64,000 bases of DNA, taken from positions 64,001 to 128,000 of IMG/VR virus record IMGVR_UViG_3300027917_000021; one strand, written 5' to 3'. The notes beneath the pieces are model-generated. The model did no database searches. It saw only the letters and a program-made list of their open reading frames with translations, and was not told the DNA's origin. This DNA is from a virus. How positions within the stretch are numbered: position 1 is the stretch's first letter; the number at the start of each line of letters is the position of its first letter. Positions 55,328-64,000 of this stretch are shown in pieces. The translations under genes were made by a program, and so were the position numbers.

Positions 55328-55699
55328 TTAATCTGCACTACCAACTAGCAAGTCTTTTTCTCCAACGAAGAGATCAATTTCAAGTCCTACTAAATCCTGT
55401 ATAGTGGTTTTTCCGTATTTTCTCATAAATTTTCCGAGTGTAGAAAAGTAGTTCACTGATCCGGAAGCATCAGTAGATACCCACAATCCTCGTTGTTTCT
55501 TTGTCCCTTTATAATCTTGTACAAATACTTCATTAACTCGAATAATTTTTCCATCTTCCCGTTTGATCATTAAGCAAATCTTATCTCTTTGTTTAGGCGG
55601 CTCATTCTCTTCCATGGGAATATTAACTGTTTCTATTTGAATTTCTTCAACAGTGCCCTTTTTTGAATAGGTTCCTAAGGGCGTTGATAAGTCTATCAT
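55328..55699 (-). CDS. Hypothetical protein
   Basis: 123-aa ORF followed by a hairpin at 55305-55329. Confidence 0.6.
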   Translation of the reverse strand: MIDLSTPLGTYSKKGTVEEIQIETVNIPMEENEPPKQRDKICLMIKREDGKIIRVNEVFVQDYKGTKKQRGLWVSTDASGSVNYFSTLGKFMRKYGKTTIQDLVGLEIDLFVGEKDLLVGSAD

Positions 55700-55736
55700 T
55701 TTTTAGTTAGATGGTTAAATTCTAGTTTTCTTATAC

Positions 55737-55982
55737 CTATTTTTTATCCGATACTTTTTGATATCCTCTTTGCTCTCTTCTTTTGATTAATCTTTGCATC
55801 TCTTTAAAACAGGTATTCCAGTCTCCTGCCGCTTTTATTTCGGCACGTGGACGGGGGGTATCAATTTTTCCCCATTTAGCACGTACTGCAAATGTTTCTC
55901 TTCCTTGAGAATCGTCTGGTCCTGGAATTAAATCAATTTCATAAAACTTATTGTGTCCGTTTTTGCGATTTTCATACCGCAT
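55737..55982 (-). CDS. WGR-domain protein
   Basis: HNKFYEI...VRAKWGKI...KR...RGY. Confidence 0.75.
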   Translation of the reverse strand: MRYENRKNGHNKFYEIDLIPGPDDSQGRETFAVRAKWGKIDTPRPRAEIKAAGDWNTCFKEMQRLIKRREQRGYQKVSDKK

Positions 55983-55986
55983 AATT

Positions 55987-57972
55987 TTACTCCTTGTCAG
56001 GTATTTTCATTTCGCAACTGTCGTTTGAGCAATATTTTTCGTCATAATCATGTACAGTTCCGTTGCCATTTAGTTTATCATAATTTAAAGGTTTTAATTT
56101 TTTAATTATTTCTTTATATCGTTCTTTTGTTATTTCTTCATATGGTGGTTGTTCATATCCGTGCTCTGTCAAAGGCAAAAAACTTATTGATTTTAGTGAG
56201 TCTTCATATGTTTCTAGTACCGTTTTTATGTCTTGTTTTTCATTTTCTTTGACAGTCACAGTTATACTAACCTGATTGTCAGACCAATAATACTGTAAAT
56301 CTGCAGCATTTTTTACCTGTTCCCAAATAGTAACATCGTTTTTTCCTTTACTAAAATATATTTCTTCTATAGGAAAAGAAATAACCGTGGTGCTGGGAGA
56401 ATATTTGTCTGGCTCTATAGGAAAATTAGCCTTTTTTAATATGGGAACTAAAGGACTATTATCCATCATTCTAATTCGTCTTATATAATATTTTGAATGA
56501 GGATAATGAATACCAGGACTAACTCCAGCTAATAAAGATACTGTGCCCGAAGGTTTAACGGTTGTCATCTTTATAGAGCGAGGAATACATAGCCAATCAG
56601 AATACATTTTATCTAATTCTTTTATGTACTGATATCCTTTATCCATTGCTATTAATGTATTTCTTTTTCCAAATTTATTAAATGTATCAATTATTCCAGA
56701 AATAGATAGCCCGATTCTTCTGTTACGACCCATTACTGCATTAGTTCTTTCGTCGTGAGTTAATAATAATGTAACGGATTTAGCGTACAAGTACGCAAAT
56801 TTTAATGTTTTTATCCAATCTTCCAAAGTTTCATGATTACTAGGATATGTTTCTACTAGGTTACATAATTCAAAACTTTCCAATGTTTGTTCTGAACAAG
56901 GATTAGTTCCTAATGCTCGTCGATCTTTCCAATTGGGTTTATCTATAAGACGTCCATATTTTTGGGAGTTTTCCAACCAAAAATATCCTGGCTCCCCATT
57001 TATTGCTGTATCTTCTGCATATTTTGAATAATTCATTCCTATATGTGCAATGATAGAATTATTACTAGCCCACCTATGACTCATAAGTTTTTCTTTATCT
57101 TGTTTTAATTTGCGAAAAACTTCATCATCTGGTGCACCTAGCATTAATTCTGCAGATCTTCTAACATTGCCTGCAACGACACAACGGCCTATTAAATTGA
57201 AAATGTCAACAATTTGATCAGATCTTATTTTATAATCTTCTCCACCATTATTTTTTGGATGCAATATTTTTATTATATCTTCTAGAGCATCTACTAATGG
57301 CCCGGGACCAGAAGCAACACCGCCAAAACCCCTTATTGGTGCTCCAGAGGGTCTTACTTGTGATACATCCAAGGTCTGTAATTTTCCTTTTCCAATGAAA
57401 GAATTAAGCACCATTTCAAGCGCGGCTACCCAACCTTCTCGAGTATCTGCTACAATAAATTTATCGTCGTCTTCCGCCTGTTTGGGTGTACTTATTTTTA
57501 AAGTATCTGCCCCCTTTGTATCTCCTGATACACCGACTCCAAGCATAAGCATATCCATCATAAAACAAAAGGGTGCTGAAAAGTTTGTGCTGATTTCATT
57601 AGTACTTACAAAGGCACAATTATTAAGTGCGGCTGATCCACGTTCATACATAAAGTCTGTTCCCATAATCCAAAATCCACGACCTGCAGGAGTAAACTTA
57701 AATTCCCACATAAGTTCAAACATTCTTTGTGCTGAGCGTTGTGCTTTTTGATCATTCCATGGAAGCTTTAAAGTTTTGGCATGTATTTTTTGCAAAGAAT
57801 ATACACCGTTTATTACGCGTTCTAAAGTTTCCCAATATTCTTCTGTTCTTTTTTCTTCTTTTATAGATCTAGAATATGTACGTTTGTATGTTATATACCC
57901 AAGTGGTCCCCAATTAGGCTGTTTACCAATGTATTGTTCTAGAAATGTTTTTGATAATTTAAACCTTTCCAT
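55987..57972 (-). CDS. nrdJ: Class II (adenosylcobalamin) ribonucleotide reductase, monomeric RTPR type
   Basis: RTYSR, PAGRG, NNCAF, GNVRRSA, GTNPCSEQ, TTVKPSGTVSLL, C-terminal YCSNDSC. Confidence 0.92.
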   Translation of the reverse strand: MERFKLSKTFLEQYIGKQPNWGPLGYITYKRTYSRSIKEEKRTEEYWETLERVINGVYSLQKIHAKTLKLPWNDQKAQRSAQRMFELMWEFKFTPAGRGFWIMGTDFMYERGSAALNNCAFVSTNEISTNFSAPFCFMMDMLMLGVGVSGDTKGADTLKISTPKQAEDDDKFIVADTREGWVAALEMVLNSFIGKGKLQTLDVSQVRPSGAPIRGFGGVASGPGPLVDALEDIIKILHPKNNGGEDYKIRSDQIVDIFNLIGRCVVAGNVRRSAELMLGAPDDEVFRKLKQDKEKLMSHRWASNNSIIAHIGMNYSKYAEDTAINGEPGYFWLENSQKYGRLIDKPNWKDRRALGTNPCSEQTLESFELCNLVETYPSNHETLEDWIKTLKFAYLYAKSVTLLLTHDERTNAVMGRNRRIGLSISGIIDTFNKFGKRNTLIAMDKGYQYIKELDKMYSDWLCIPRSIKMTTVKPSGTVSLLAGVSPGIHYPHSKYYIRRIRMMDNSPLVPILKKANFPIEPDKYSPSTTVISFPIEEIYFSKGKNDVTIWEQVKNAADLQYYWSDNQVSITVTVKENEKQDIKTVLETYEDSLKSISFLPLTEHGYEQPPYEEITKERYKEIIKKLKPLNYDKLNGNGTVHDYDEKYCSNDSCEMKIPDKE

Positions 57973-57986
57973 TCACGTTGTTCTCC

Positions 57987-58295
57987 TTATTCTGTTTCAG
58001 TATTACAATTACAATGTGATGGAAAAGAAACTAATGTTCCTATATGATCTCCGGTCTCAAGATCAACCGGATAAGGAGTTAAATTTATAATTGTTATGAT
58101 TGTAACGCCTGATGTAATAATATCAGGATATAACATTATTTTGTTTTGTTTACCAAAATCTGATGTAGTTATCAGGGCTTTTGGATATTCTTTTGGCCTG
58201 GAAATTTTTACTTCGAATTGATGTATTCCATGACCATTAATTCTTAGTCTGTTCTTTGCCGGTAATCCGGTATCAAATAATATTTTATTAGTCAT
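57987..58295 (-). CDS. Degenerate dUTPase-fold protein
   Basis: C-terminal IINLT..PVDLETGDHIGTLV resembles dUTPase motif 4; other motifs absent. Confidence 0.4.
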   Translation of the reverse strand: MTNKILFDTGLPAKNRLRINGHGIHQFEVKISRPKEYPKALITTSDFGKQNKIMLYPDIITSGVTIITIINLTPYPVDLETGDHIGTLVSFPSHCNCNTETE

Positions 58296-58297
58296 TA

Positions 58298-58546
58298 TTA
58301 TTCTATTGGATTTTTTGGGGAGTCTGTTACATCTATTATGGCTCCAATTAAAGATGATTTAATGGTATGTGGATAACGAATTATCTGTATTTGTAATCCT
58401 ACATTTTTTTCTATTATATCCAACTCTTCCTGTGATGGCATTGGGTCTATTGGTAAAAGTTCAATTTCTAACTTCTCTAATGAAGGTATTTCTTGAACCA
58501 TACCAAACATTGGGCTAGTCCCTACCATTGCTATTATTCTTTTCAT
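58298..58546 (-). CDS. Hypothetical protein
   Basis: 82-aa ORF. Confidence 0.55.
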   Translation of the reverse strand: MKRIIAMVGTSPMFGMVQEIPSLEKLEIELLPIDPMPSQEELDIIEKNVGLQIQIIRYPHTIKSSLIGAIIDVTDSPKNPIE

Positions 58547-59000
58547 ATAGATTTAAATAGTCTTCTGTTTTTCTCATCCAGGTTTTTTGAAAATCTGACA
58601 GAGGCACAGATTTGCGACCTTTTTTTCTATTATCCCAATATTTTAATATTAAGGAAATAGGAGTCATATAAAATTTTTCAAAACCTTGGACATTATAAAA
58701 TTGTATAAATACGTAGGCTTCACCACCTACCTTATCCCAATATCTTAGAAATTCTATTTGATGCTGTTTCATATTAGACAGGGGGAAACTAGTTGTCTCC
58801 CCCGTCTGTTTTGCGTCAAATGCAATCCCTTTTCCATTGGGACCATATACACCAGTAAAATCCACAGTGGATTGTTTTAGGATATTTCCCTTCACCGGTA
58901 TTTCATGATACTCGATTACCGCCAACTTATCTTTACGATATTTGTAATTTACTTTCTTGATCGAGTTCTCGAAGTTTTTCCACTCTTTTGGTTGTCCCAT
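58515..59000 (-). CDS. recU: RecU-like Holliday junction resolvase
   Basis: STVDFTGVY, IAFDAKQT, FPLSN...HQIEFL. Confidence 0.85.
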   Translation of the reverse strand: MGQPKEWKNFENSIKKVNYKYRKDKLAVIEYHEIPVKGNILKQSTVDFTGVYGPNGKGIAFDAKQTGETTSFPLSNMKQHQIEFLRYWDKVGGEAYVFIQFYNVQGFEKFYMTPISLILKYWDNRKKGRKSVPLSDFQKTWMRKTEDYLNLYEKNNSNGRD

Positions 59001-59475
59001 CTGGCTTTATAAAATGGATTTCATCAAAACTTTCTTCAAAAGAAGGTTTTGTTAATGTTCGTAATGCTTCTGGAATAAATTCTTCTAACTTTTCACGCTG
59101 ATCTAATGTTTTATCTGTTCTACTTTCATTTCGTAAAACAGCCTCTTTTAAATCAGGTTCAAAATATAAAGCAACAACATACAAGTCTCTTTTTATATTT
59201 TTTGCCTTATTAATGAATCTTTTCCTAGATTTTGGAGTAAGATTAACTCTATCAATATAAATACTAAATCCAGCTTGAAGGGCAGATTCTAAAATTACAT
59301 TTTCAGAGTCTTTGATAACATTATTTATGTTTTGTGTGTATACTGGCCCAGATAACATTGTATTTATATCATCTCTAGAAATCCTCAATACTTGCTCTTT
59401 GTCAAAATGTTCAGCCCAGTAAGTAGTTTTTCCAGAAGCCGGTATTCCAACCGGAATATAAAGTTTTTGCGTCAT
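58933..59475 (-). CDS. P-loop kinase (polynucleotide kinase-like)
   Basis: GIPASGKTT, ISRDD, IDRVNL, RNESR, PSFEE. Confidence 0.8.
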   Translation of the reverse strand: MTQKLYIPVGIPASGKTTYWAEHFDKEQVLRISRDDINTMLSGPVYTQNINNVIKDSENVILESALQAGFSIYIDRVNLTPKSRKRFINKAKNIKRDLYVVALYFEPDLKEAVLRNESRTDKTLDQREKLEEFIPEALRTLTKPSFEESFDEIHFIKPDGTTKRVEKLRELDQESKLQIS

Positions 59476-59492
59476 ACCATAATTCCTGGGAA

Positions 59493-60167
59493 TTATATAC
59501 CTTTAATAATTTGGATTATTTCCTTAGGAGTTTTTGGAGTAGTTGGGGCTAATCCACGAATAGGACGTAGTTGGGAAATTATTGCTTCTTGCCATTGTGC
59601 TAATATTGACACTGCTCCAGGAACACCTAGCTGTTCAGCAACTGCAGTCGGTGATGCTGGCCTAGAAGGGGCCATACCAGGAGTATGTTTTCGATAAAAA
59701 CCTTGAATGGTATGTTGCCATCCTTTTAGAATATCTTCTGCAGTATTATCACCTACAATTTTAAGAGGCCTTAACTGATCTTCTGAAGGTCGGCCGTTTG
59801 CAACTGGCGCAGCAATTTCTGGAGGTTTTTCGTCTTTAATTTCGTCTTTATTTTCATCTTCAGATGTAGTTTCACTCTGTATGTCTTCCTCATATGTATT
59901 ATTTACTTCTACTCCCACAGGAATATCTTCTTCAGGGATTGAGGTTTTTGCTACGGCATCCGCAACATCTTCTATAGAAATAGTTAAATCTCCATTTTTC
60001 AAGACTGGGGCCGCGTCAACCATTTCTTTAAAAGAAGGTTTATGTGTAAAAATTCTTTCTACAAGCTCATTATTTGTACCAGATGCATCAAGATTTAAGT
60101 TTTCGGCGATTTCGATAAGCTGTTTTTTCTTTTTAGATTTCAATTCATTCATTGTGTAACTAGGCAT
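59493..60167 (-). CDS. Protein with N-terminal SAP/HeH-like nucleic-acid-binding motif
   Basis: LKSKKKKQLIEIAENLNLDASGTNNELVERI. Confidence 0.65.
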   Translation of the reverse strand: MPSYTMNELKSKKKKQLIEIAENLNLDASGTNNELVERIFTHKPSFKEMVDAAPVLKNGDLTISIEDVADAVAKTSIPEEDIPVGVEVNNTYEEDIQSETTSEDENKDEIKDEKPPEIAAPVANGRPSEDQLRPLKIVGDNTAEDILKGWQHTIQGFYRKHTPGMAPSRPASPTAVAEQLGVPGAVSILAQWQEAIISQLRPIRGLAPTTPKTPKEIIQIIKGI

Positions 60168-60188
60168 TTATTGTTCTCCTTTTAAAAT

Positions 60189-60232
60189 AAAAAAGAGTTC
60201 GGTTAGGCAAAAATCTGGCCATAACCGAACTC
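60189..60232 (-). terminator. Hairpin/terminator after the SSB gene
   Basis: gagttcggtta...taaccgaactc with a U-run on the - strand. Confidence 0.65.
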
Positions 60233-60240
60233 AAAACATA

Positions 60241-60693
60241 CTATTTAAATAAATTACTCTTTGGTTGTCCGATAGGTGTTTCTGTCGGAGCATTATCTGT
60301 ATCTCCGTCAGTTACCTCTTTCCAATTAGTAATTTTATTTCTTGGGTCACCAGAAGGAGTGGTGTCTGGCTCTAGAAATGCTTTACATATTAATCCTGGC
60401 ATAGAGGCCACGATTGCGTCTTCGTCAACATCTCCGCGATTAACCAAATCAGATTTTGCTTTTTCCAGAAAAGTTTTTAACGCCCAAAGTGAGTTGGAAC
60501 CGAGATTAAAGTTATTCCAAACTTTGCGTTTATCATATTTTGCTGGAGAAAGAATATTAAATTCTGTATTAATTAAAGTTCTGGGGCCATTTTTTGAATC
60601 TTGCAATTCAGCCTTAACAACTTTTACCACATACCAGCCTTCGGGTAAAGCAGTTTTTACGTTTCCTGTTTCAACGTTAGTAAAATTTATCAT
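60241..60693 (-). CDS. DUF669-like single-stranded DNA-binding protein
   Basis: LPEGWY.VKV..AE...SKNG, RKVW, N.I; follows the Sak4-like gene. Confidence 0.7.
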   Translation of the reverse strand: MINFTNVETGNVKTALPEGWYVVKVVKAELQDSKNGPRTLINTEFNILSPAKYDKRKVWNNFNLGSNSLWALKTFLEKAKSDLVNRGDVDEDAIVASMPGLICKAFLEPDTTPSGDPRNKITNWKEVTDGDTDNAPTETPIGQPKSNLFK

Positions 60694-61625
60694 TAGTTCT
60701 CAGTGGTTATTTCTTGTAATGATGAGATAAACATTGCAGCTTCATCTTCTCTTAAGTCAAGAGCACTTGTAACTGCATATTCGTCCAGAAGTTTGTGGTT
60801 TACTACTTCTTCATCAAGAGTAGAGACTATTGTTTGTAGTTCTTCTAATTGAGCTGCAGTAATTCCTGCAGTTAATACCGTGGTTCCCTGGAATACCACT
60901 TCATTATTGCGTCCAGCGGCTTGATTAAAACTTGACTGTTGTTCAAATTGAACAGCTTCTCTTTCTAACCCATCCACACCTAAATACTTAACAAAAGAAG
61001 GATAACTGAATTCAAAAGTTTCAGGCATGCGATTACTTCTATCTTTTTCTACTATTGCCAGCCTTTTTCCATCTTCGTCTTTTTCTAGCCTTAAGACAAC
61101 GTCAACCAAGTATGGCAAGTCCTTTGGACCATCTGGTTGTACGCCAATAATTTTCATAAATTCGCCCTCGTCTTCAGAATATTGGTTCTTGGTAGGGGCG
61201 GTTAAAATAATATTCATATCCAAAGATAATATTTTTCTGAAAAGAATATTTCTTTCTTCTTTTATTACTTTGTAATCAAGCGGTTGCAGCGAATAATTGG
61301 GGTTCGCTTTTTTAACTCGCATTCTTTTTAGTTGTTTTAATACGATACTATCATCAATTCTGCGGATAGGATCTATTACAAATGTTTTAAAATCTTTTGG
61401 ATCTGCAAGTAATTCGTCAACTGCTTTATCAACTACTTCATGATCCTGTGTTTGCAGGCGATAAAAATTAAATTTATCACCATAGAAATTAGTTCCTTTT
61501 TCTGTATCAATTACAGCTGGATTCGGGAAATGGAGAGAAGTTACTGTTTTTCCGGATCCAGAGGGACCATAAACATACATCTTTAAGCGATTTGCTTTTG
61601 GTTCTGCTTTTTCAAATAAACTCAT
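60693..61625 (-). CDS. Sak4-like (AAA_24) recombination ATPase
   Basis: YGPSGSGKT, IDTEKG, FVIDP, KDR. Confidence 0.8.
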   Translation of the reverse strand: MSLFEKAEPKANRLKMYVYGPSGSGKTVTSLHFPNPAVIDTEKGTNFYGDKFNFYRLQTQDHEVVDKAVDELLADPKDFKTFVIDPIRRIDDSIVLKQLKRMRVKKANPNYSLQPLDYKVIKEERNILFRKILSLDMNIILTAPTKNQYSEDEGEFMKIIGVQPDGPKDLPYLVDVVLRLEKDEDGKRLAIVEKDRSNRMPETFEFSYPSFVKYLGVDGLEREAVQFEQQSSFNQAAGRNNEVVFQGTTVLTAGITAAQLEELQTIVSTLDEEVVNHKLLDEYAVTSALDLREDEAAMFISSLQEITTEN

Positions 61626-61629
61626 TTAG

Positions 61630-61971
61630 TTAACTGGTTTCTGTGAGGGTGCGTTGTTCATCCAACTTTTTCCCCACATCCTCTATAATTTTTAGCATCT
61701 CTTTCTTAGCAGATGCTAATGTTTGTTTCAATTTTATTGGATCTATCGGCGCTTTTTTATATTTGATCATATCATCAACTAGATGATTATAAACATTTTC
61801 TAATGATGTCAAATAAAAGGGCCCGGAATTTCCAAAGTGGTAAATCCACTGCCGAGAATCCCAATCTAGCTTAAGAACGGTTTTTCCAATCTTTGTTCTT
61901 ATTCCAGTTTCCGTTTTGATGTTTGAGATAGTTTTTTGTGATTTTGTAGATTTCATAAGTTGCTTCAACAT
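61630..61971 (-). CDS. Hypothetical protein (start uncertain)
   Basis: ORF fills the gap between neighbours. Confidence 0.5.
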   Translation of the reverse strand: MLKQLMKSTKSQKTISNIKTETGIRTKIGKTVLKLDWDSRQWIYHFGNSGPFYLTSLENVYNHLVDDMIKYKKAPIDPIKLKQTLASAKKEMLKIIEDVGKKLDEQRTLTETS

Positions 61972-62602
61972 CTCTCATGGCATATTCTGCTATTTCTTTT
62001 ATTTTTCCTTGTTGGAAAGCAGCCGCTACCGTATCTGCCTTCACATCACCTTCTTTTGGTGTAGGGATACCAAAGAATTCACATGCAAGTTCCAATGATG
62101 GCCTTAAATTCATTGTCCAGTTGGCTAAATGCTGCATAACATCATAATGTGGATAATTTTGATATAATCGTAAATCTAGAAAATCATTATTTGTTACTTC
62201 TACACGATGCTTCATTGAACGTACCTGTATAAACCAGGTATCAAATCTAAGACTATTGAATCCTACAAACGTACCAGTAAATCCTTTGACATAATCCCAA
62301 AAATCTTCGAGCAAAATTTTTTCTTCTGGCTCTACTAATCCATTTTTCATTTGTTTGGGAGCTGCTACCAGGGTTGACCGATTACCAGATGGAAATCTAT
62401 CTGAAATTTCATACATTGAAATACAGATGATTTGGCCAAAAAACGGATTGGTGGCTGCTACTAATCGTTCAGCCTCACCAGGATCCATATCACTTTTTTC
62501 TACGTAATAATCTATTCTGTTAGCCATTTTTTCTTTCTGCAATTCACTAAATAGTGAAACCTGCGGGACAGTTTCGATGTCCCATACTATAATATTTTCC
62601 AT
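61871..62602 (-). CDS. Stand-alone DEDD 3'-5' exonuclease (PolB-exo-like)
   Basis: WDIETVP, GFNSLRFD, YAMRDV. Confidence 0.85.
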   Translation of the reverse strand: MENIIVWDIETVPQVSLFSELQKEKMANRIDYYVEKSDMDPGEAERLVAATNPFFGQIICISMYEISDRFPSGNRSTLVAAPKQMKNGLVEPEEKILLEDFWDYVKGFTGTFVGFNSLRFDTWFIQVRSMKHRVEVTNNDFLDLRLYQNYPHYDVMQHLANWTMNLRPSLELACEFFGIPTPKEGDVKADTVAAAFQQGKIKEIAEYAMRDVEATYEIYKITKNYLKHQNGNWNKNKDWKNRS

Positions 62603-62637
62603 AATATTTTGGTTTTTGCGTTGTAAATATACTTAAA

Positions 62638-62973
62638 TTATTCTATCTTTTCAAGCATTTTATTGATTACTTGGGTATGATGATCCCAAATTTTTAAGTG
62701 TTTCATTACTTCGCATTTTATGAGATTTAACTTGTTTATTTCTAATTTTACTGCTAATCCTATTATATTAGGAATGGTTTTTTCTGCATCAACTTTATAG
62801 CCAACATAGAGTTCCATCATTTTTTCTGTCTCGGAATACACAACACCAACATAATCACTTTCAATATTGTATGATGCCATATTGCGTTTTCCAAACTTTT
62901 TTGATGGTTCAGCCAGGACAGCTTCCAAATGATTTACTTTCCAAACTCTTTTATGGTATGTAGTTACTCTCAT
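62638..62973 (-). CDS. Hypothetical protein
   Basis: 111-aa ORF. Confidence 0.55.
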   Translation of the reverse strand: MRVTTYHKRVWKVNHLEAVLAEPSKKFGKRNMASYNIESDYVGVVYSETEKMMELYVGYKVDAEKTIPNIIGLAVKLEINKLNLIKCEVMKHLKIWDHHTQVINKMLEKIE

Positions 62974-63719
62974 TTTAATTCTATAGGGTCCAACGTGGGA
63001 GCAATAAGAAATGTTCCAGAATAATTAGGAAATTTACTTCTTGCCGCTTTTAAAACTTTGTCTGATCTGTTGGTTCGATCTGACAAATGGGCAAATATTA
63101 CAAAAGATGTTTTGTCTATCCCTATTTTTTCAAGGCCATCTAATGCATCGTCGGTACTTAAATGTCCATATGCACTTGCTATACGTTCTTTTAAATAATC
63201 AGAATAATATTCATAATCTTTTAGCATTTGAACATCGTAATCTGTTTCAATAAAATACGCATCAGCGTGTGTCATATATTGTACCATTAGCGGGGTAATA
63301 ATTCCCGTGTCTGTAACATAACATAATGTTTTATTATAAGTTGTATCTTTTATTAAAAATCCAAAAGTATACTTTGCATCATGCTTTGTACTAAACGTTT
63401 TAATCTCTATATCACCAAATGTTAAAATATCTGATGGTTTTAGATTTACCATTGTAACATCTTCAAACAGATGTTTTTTTGCATTATAACTCCACTCATG
63501 CATATATACAGGACATTTAAACTTTCTACCAGCAGGGCCGGCGGAGTTAATATGGTCCGAATGTTCATGTGAAATTATAATAGCATCGAACTTATCTCTT
63601 CCAGTATTTTGTGTTATTTTTTTGACAGAGACACCCACATCTATTAAAATGTGAGCATCCTCTGTCCAAATATAAGTACAGTTTCCGGATGATGAGCTCG
63701 CTATAGGTAATATTTTCAT
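62970..63719 (-). CDS. Metallo-beta-lactamase-fold hydrolase (YycJ/WalJ-like nuclease)
   Basis: ASSSSGNC, SHEHSDH, TDTG, GHLS, AHLS. Confidence 0.88.
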   Translation of the reverse strand: MKILPIASSSSGNCTYIWTEDAHILIDVGVSVKKITQNTGRDKFDAIIISHEHSDHINSAGPAGRKFKCPVYMHEWSYNAKKHLFEDVTMVNLKPSDILTFGDIEIKTFSTKHDAKYTFGFLIKDTTYNKTLCYVTDTGIITPLMVQYMTHADAYFIETDYDVQMLKDYEYYSDYLKERIASAYGHLSTDDALDGLEKIGIDKTSFVIFAHLSDRTNRSDKVLKAARSKFPNYSGTFLIAPTLDPIELK

Positions 63720-63723
63720 TAAA

Positions 63724-64000
63724 TTATTTTGTGACTATAGTGACTGCGTGGCCATGTCCTCTTCTCGTTATCCACGCTTTGAGTGCTCTGGCCTGTCGCC
63801 AGTCAATCTGGTGAAAATTCTTTACAATACTTGAAGCATCGAAATTAGCATAAGCACTTACCCATGCGCGGATTCCAGTAGCATTTATTAGGCGTGGAAT
63901 ACGCACTTTGTCTTCCAACGTAAAGTTAGTTACATCTTGTACGTTATTTGTTTTACCTGATGCTAGGGCTGTTTTAATATGGTTCGTATGCTTATATGTA
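63724..64000 (-). CDS. Hypothetical protein, probably truncated by the window end
   Basis: Reading frame appears open to the window edge. Confidence 0.4.
   Translation of the reverse strand, partial: TYKHTNHIKTALASGKTNNVQDVTNFTLEDKVRIPRLINATGIRAWVSAYANFDASSIVKNFHQIDWRQARALKAWITRRGHGHAVTIVTK

Noticed and set aside
61605-61625. MSLFEKA at the start of the Sak4-like ATPase as another leader copy
   Set aside because: It lacks KY and the Kx[AS] spacing, and lies in the early arm; probably coincidental.
1-64000. CRISPR array, rRNA, integrase/att site, stop-codon reassignment
   Set aside because: No repeat-spacer array, rRNA or recombinase seen; genes tile densely under the standard code.

Overview
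64 kb segment of a large, AT-rich tailed bacteriophage (myovirus-like: terminase, prohead protease, major capsid protein, tail sheath and tube). No host housekeeping genes, integrase, portal or tape measure are visible. It has two convergent arms: a + strand virion/late arm (1-39269) and a - strand replication/early arm (39309-64000). The early arm encodes a family A DNA polymerase split by a group I intron with an HNH gene, a sigma70, class II RNR, RecU, a Sak4-like ATPase plus SSB, and nucleotide enzymes. A ~3.7 kb region rich in structured non-coding sequence lies near the junction. The sigma sequence and the TTGACA-N17-TATATT promoters suggest an FCB-group host (inference). Main observations: (1) an 8-aa leader M[KR]YF[EK]Kx[AS] on 10 mostly unrelated ORFs, plus one internal and one decayed copy; it matches the KxA sites that pervade the protease/scaffold/capsid cluster and is a candidate capsid-targeting and cleavage tag for internal cargo; (2) a 250-bp non-coding 'natural polylinker' holding 22 six-base palindromes; (3) a circularly permuted tRNA-like (YrlA/Y-RNA-like) RNA with a ~235-nt insert, next to a protein gene flanked by AGACT hexamer repeats; (4) a phage-encoded Ubl-JAB-E1 module; (5) a PAS-PAS-GGDEF diguanylate cyclase and two LigD phosphoesterase domains among the virion genes. 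All family assignments come from motif recognition by eye, not database searches.
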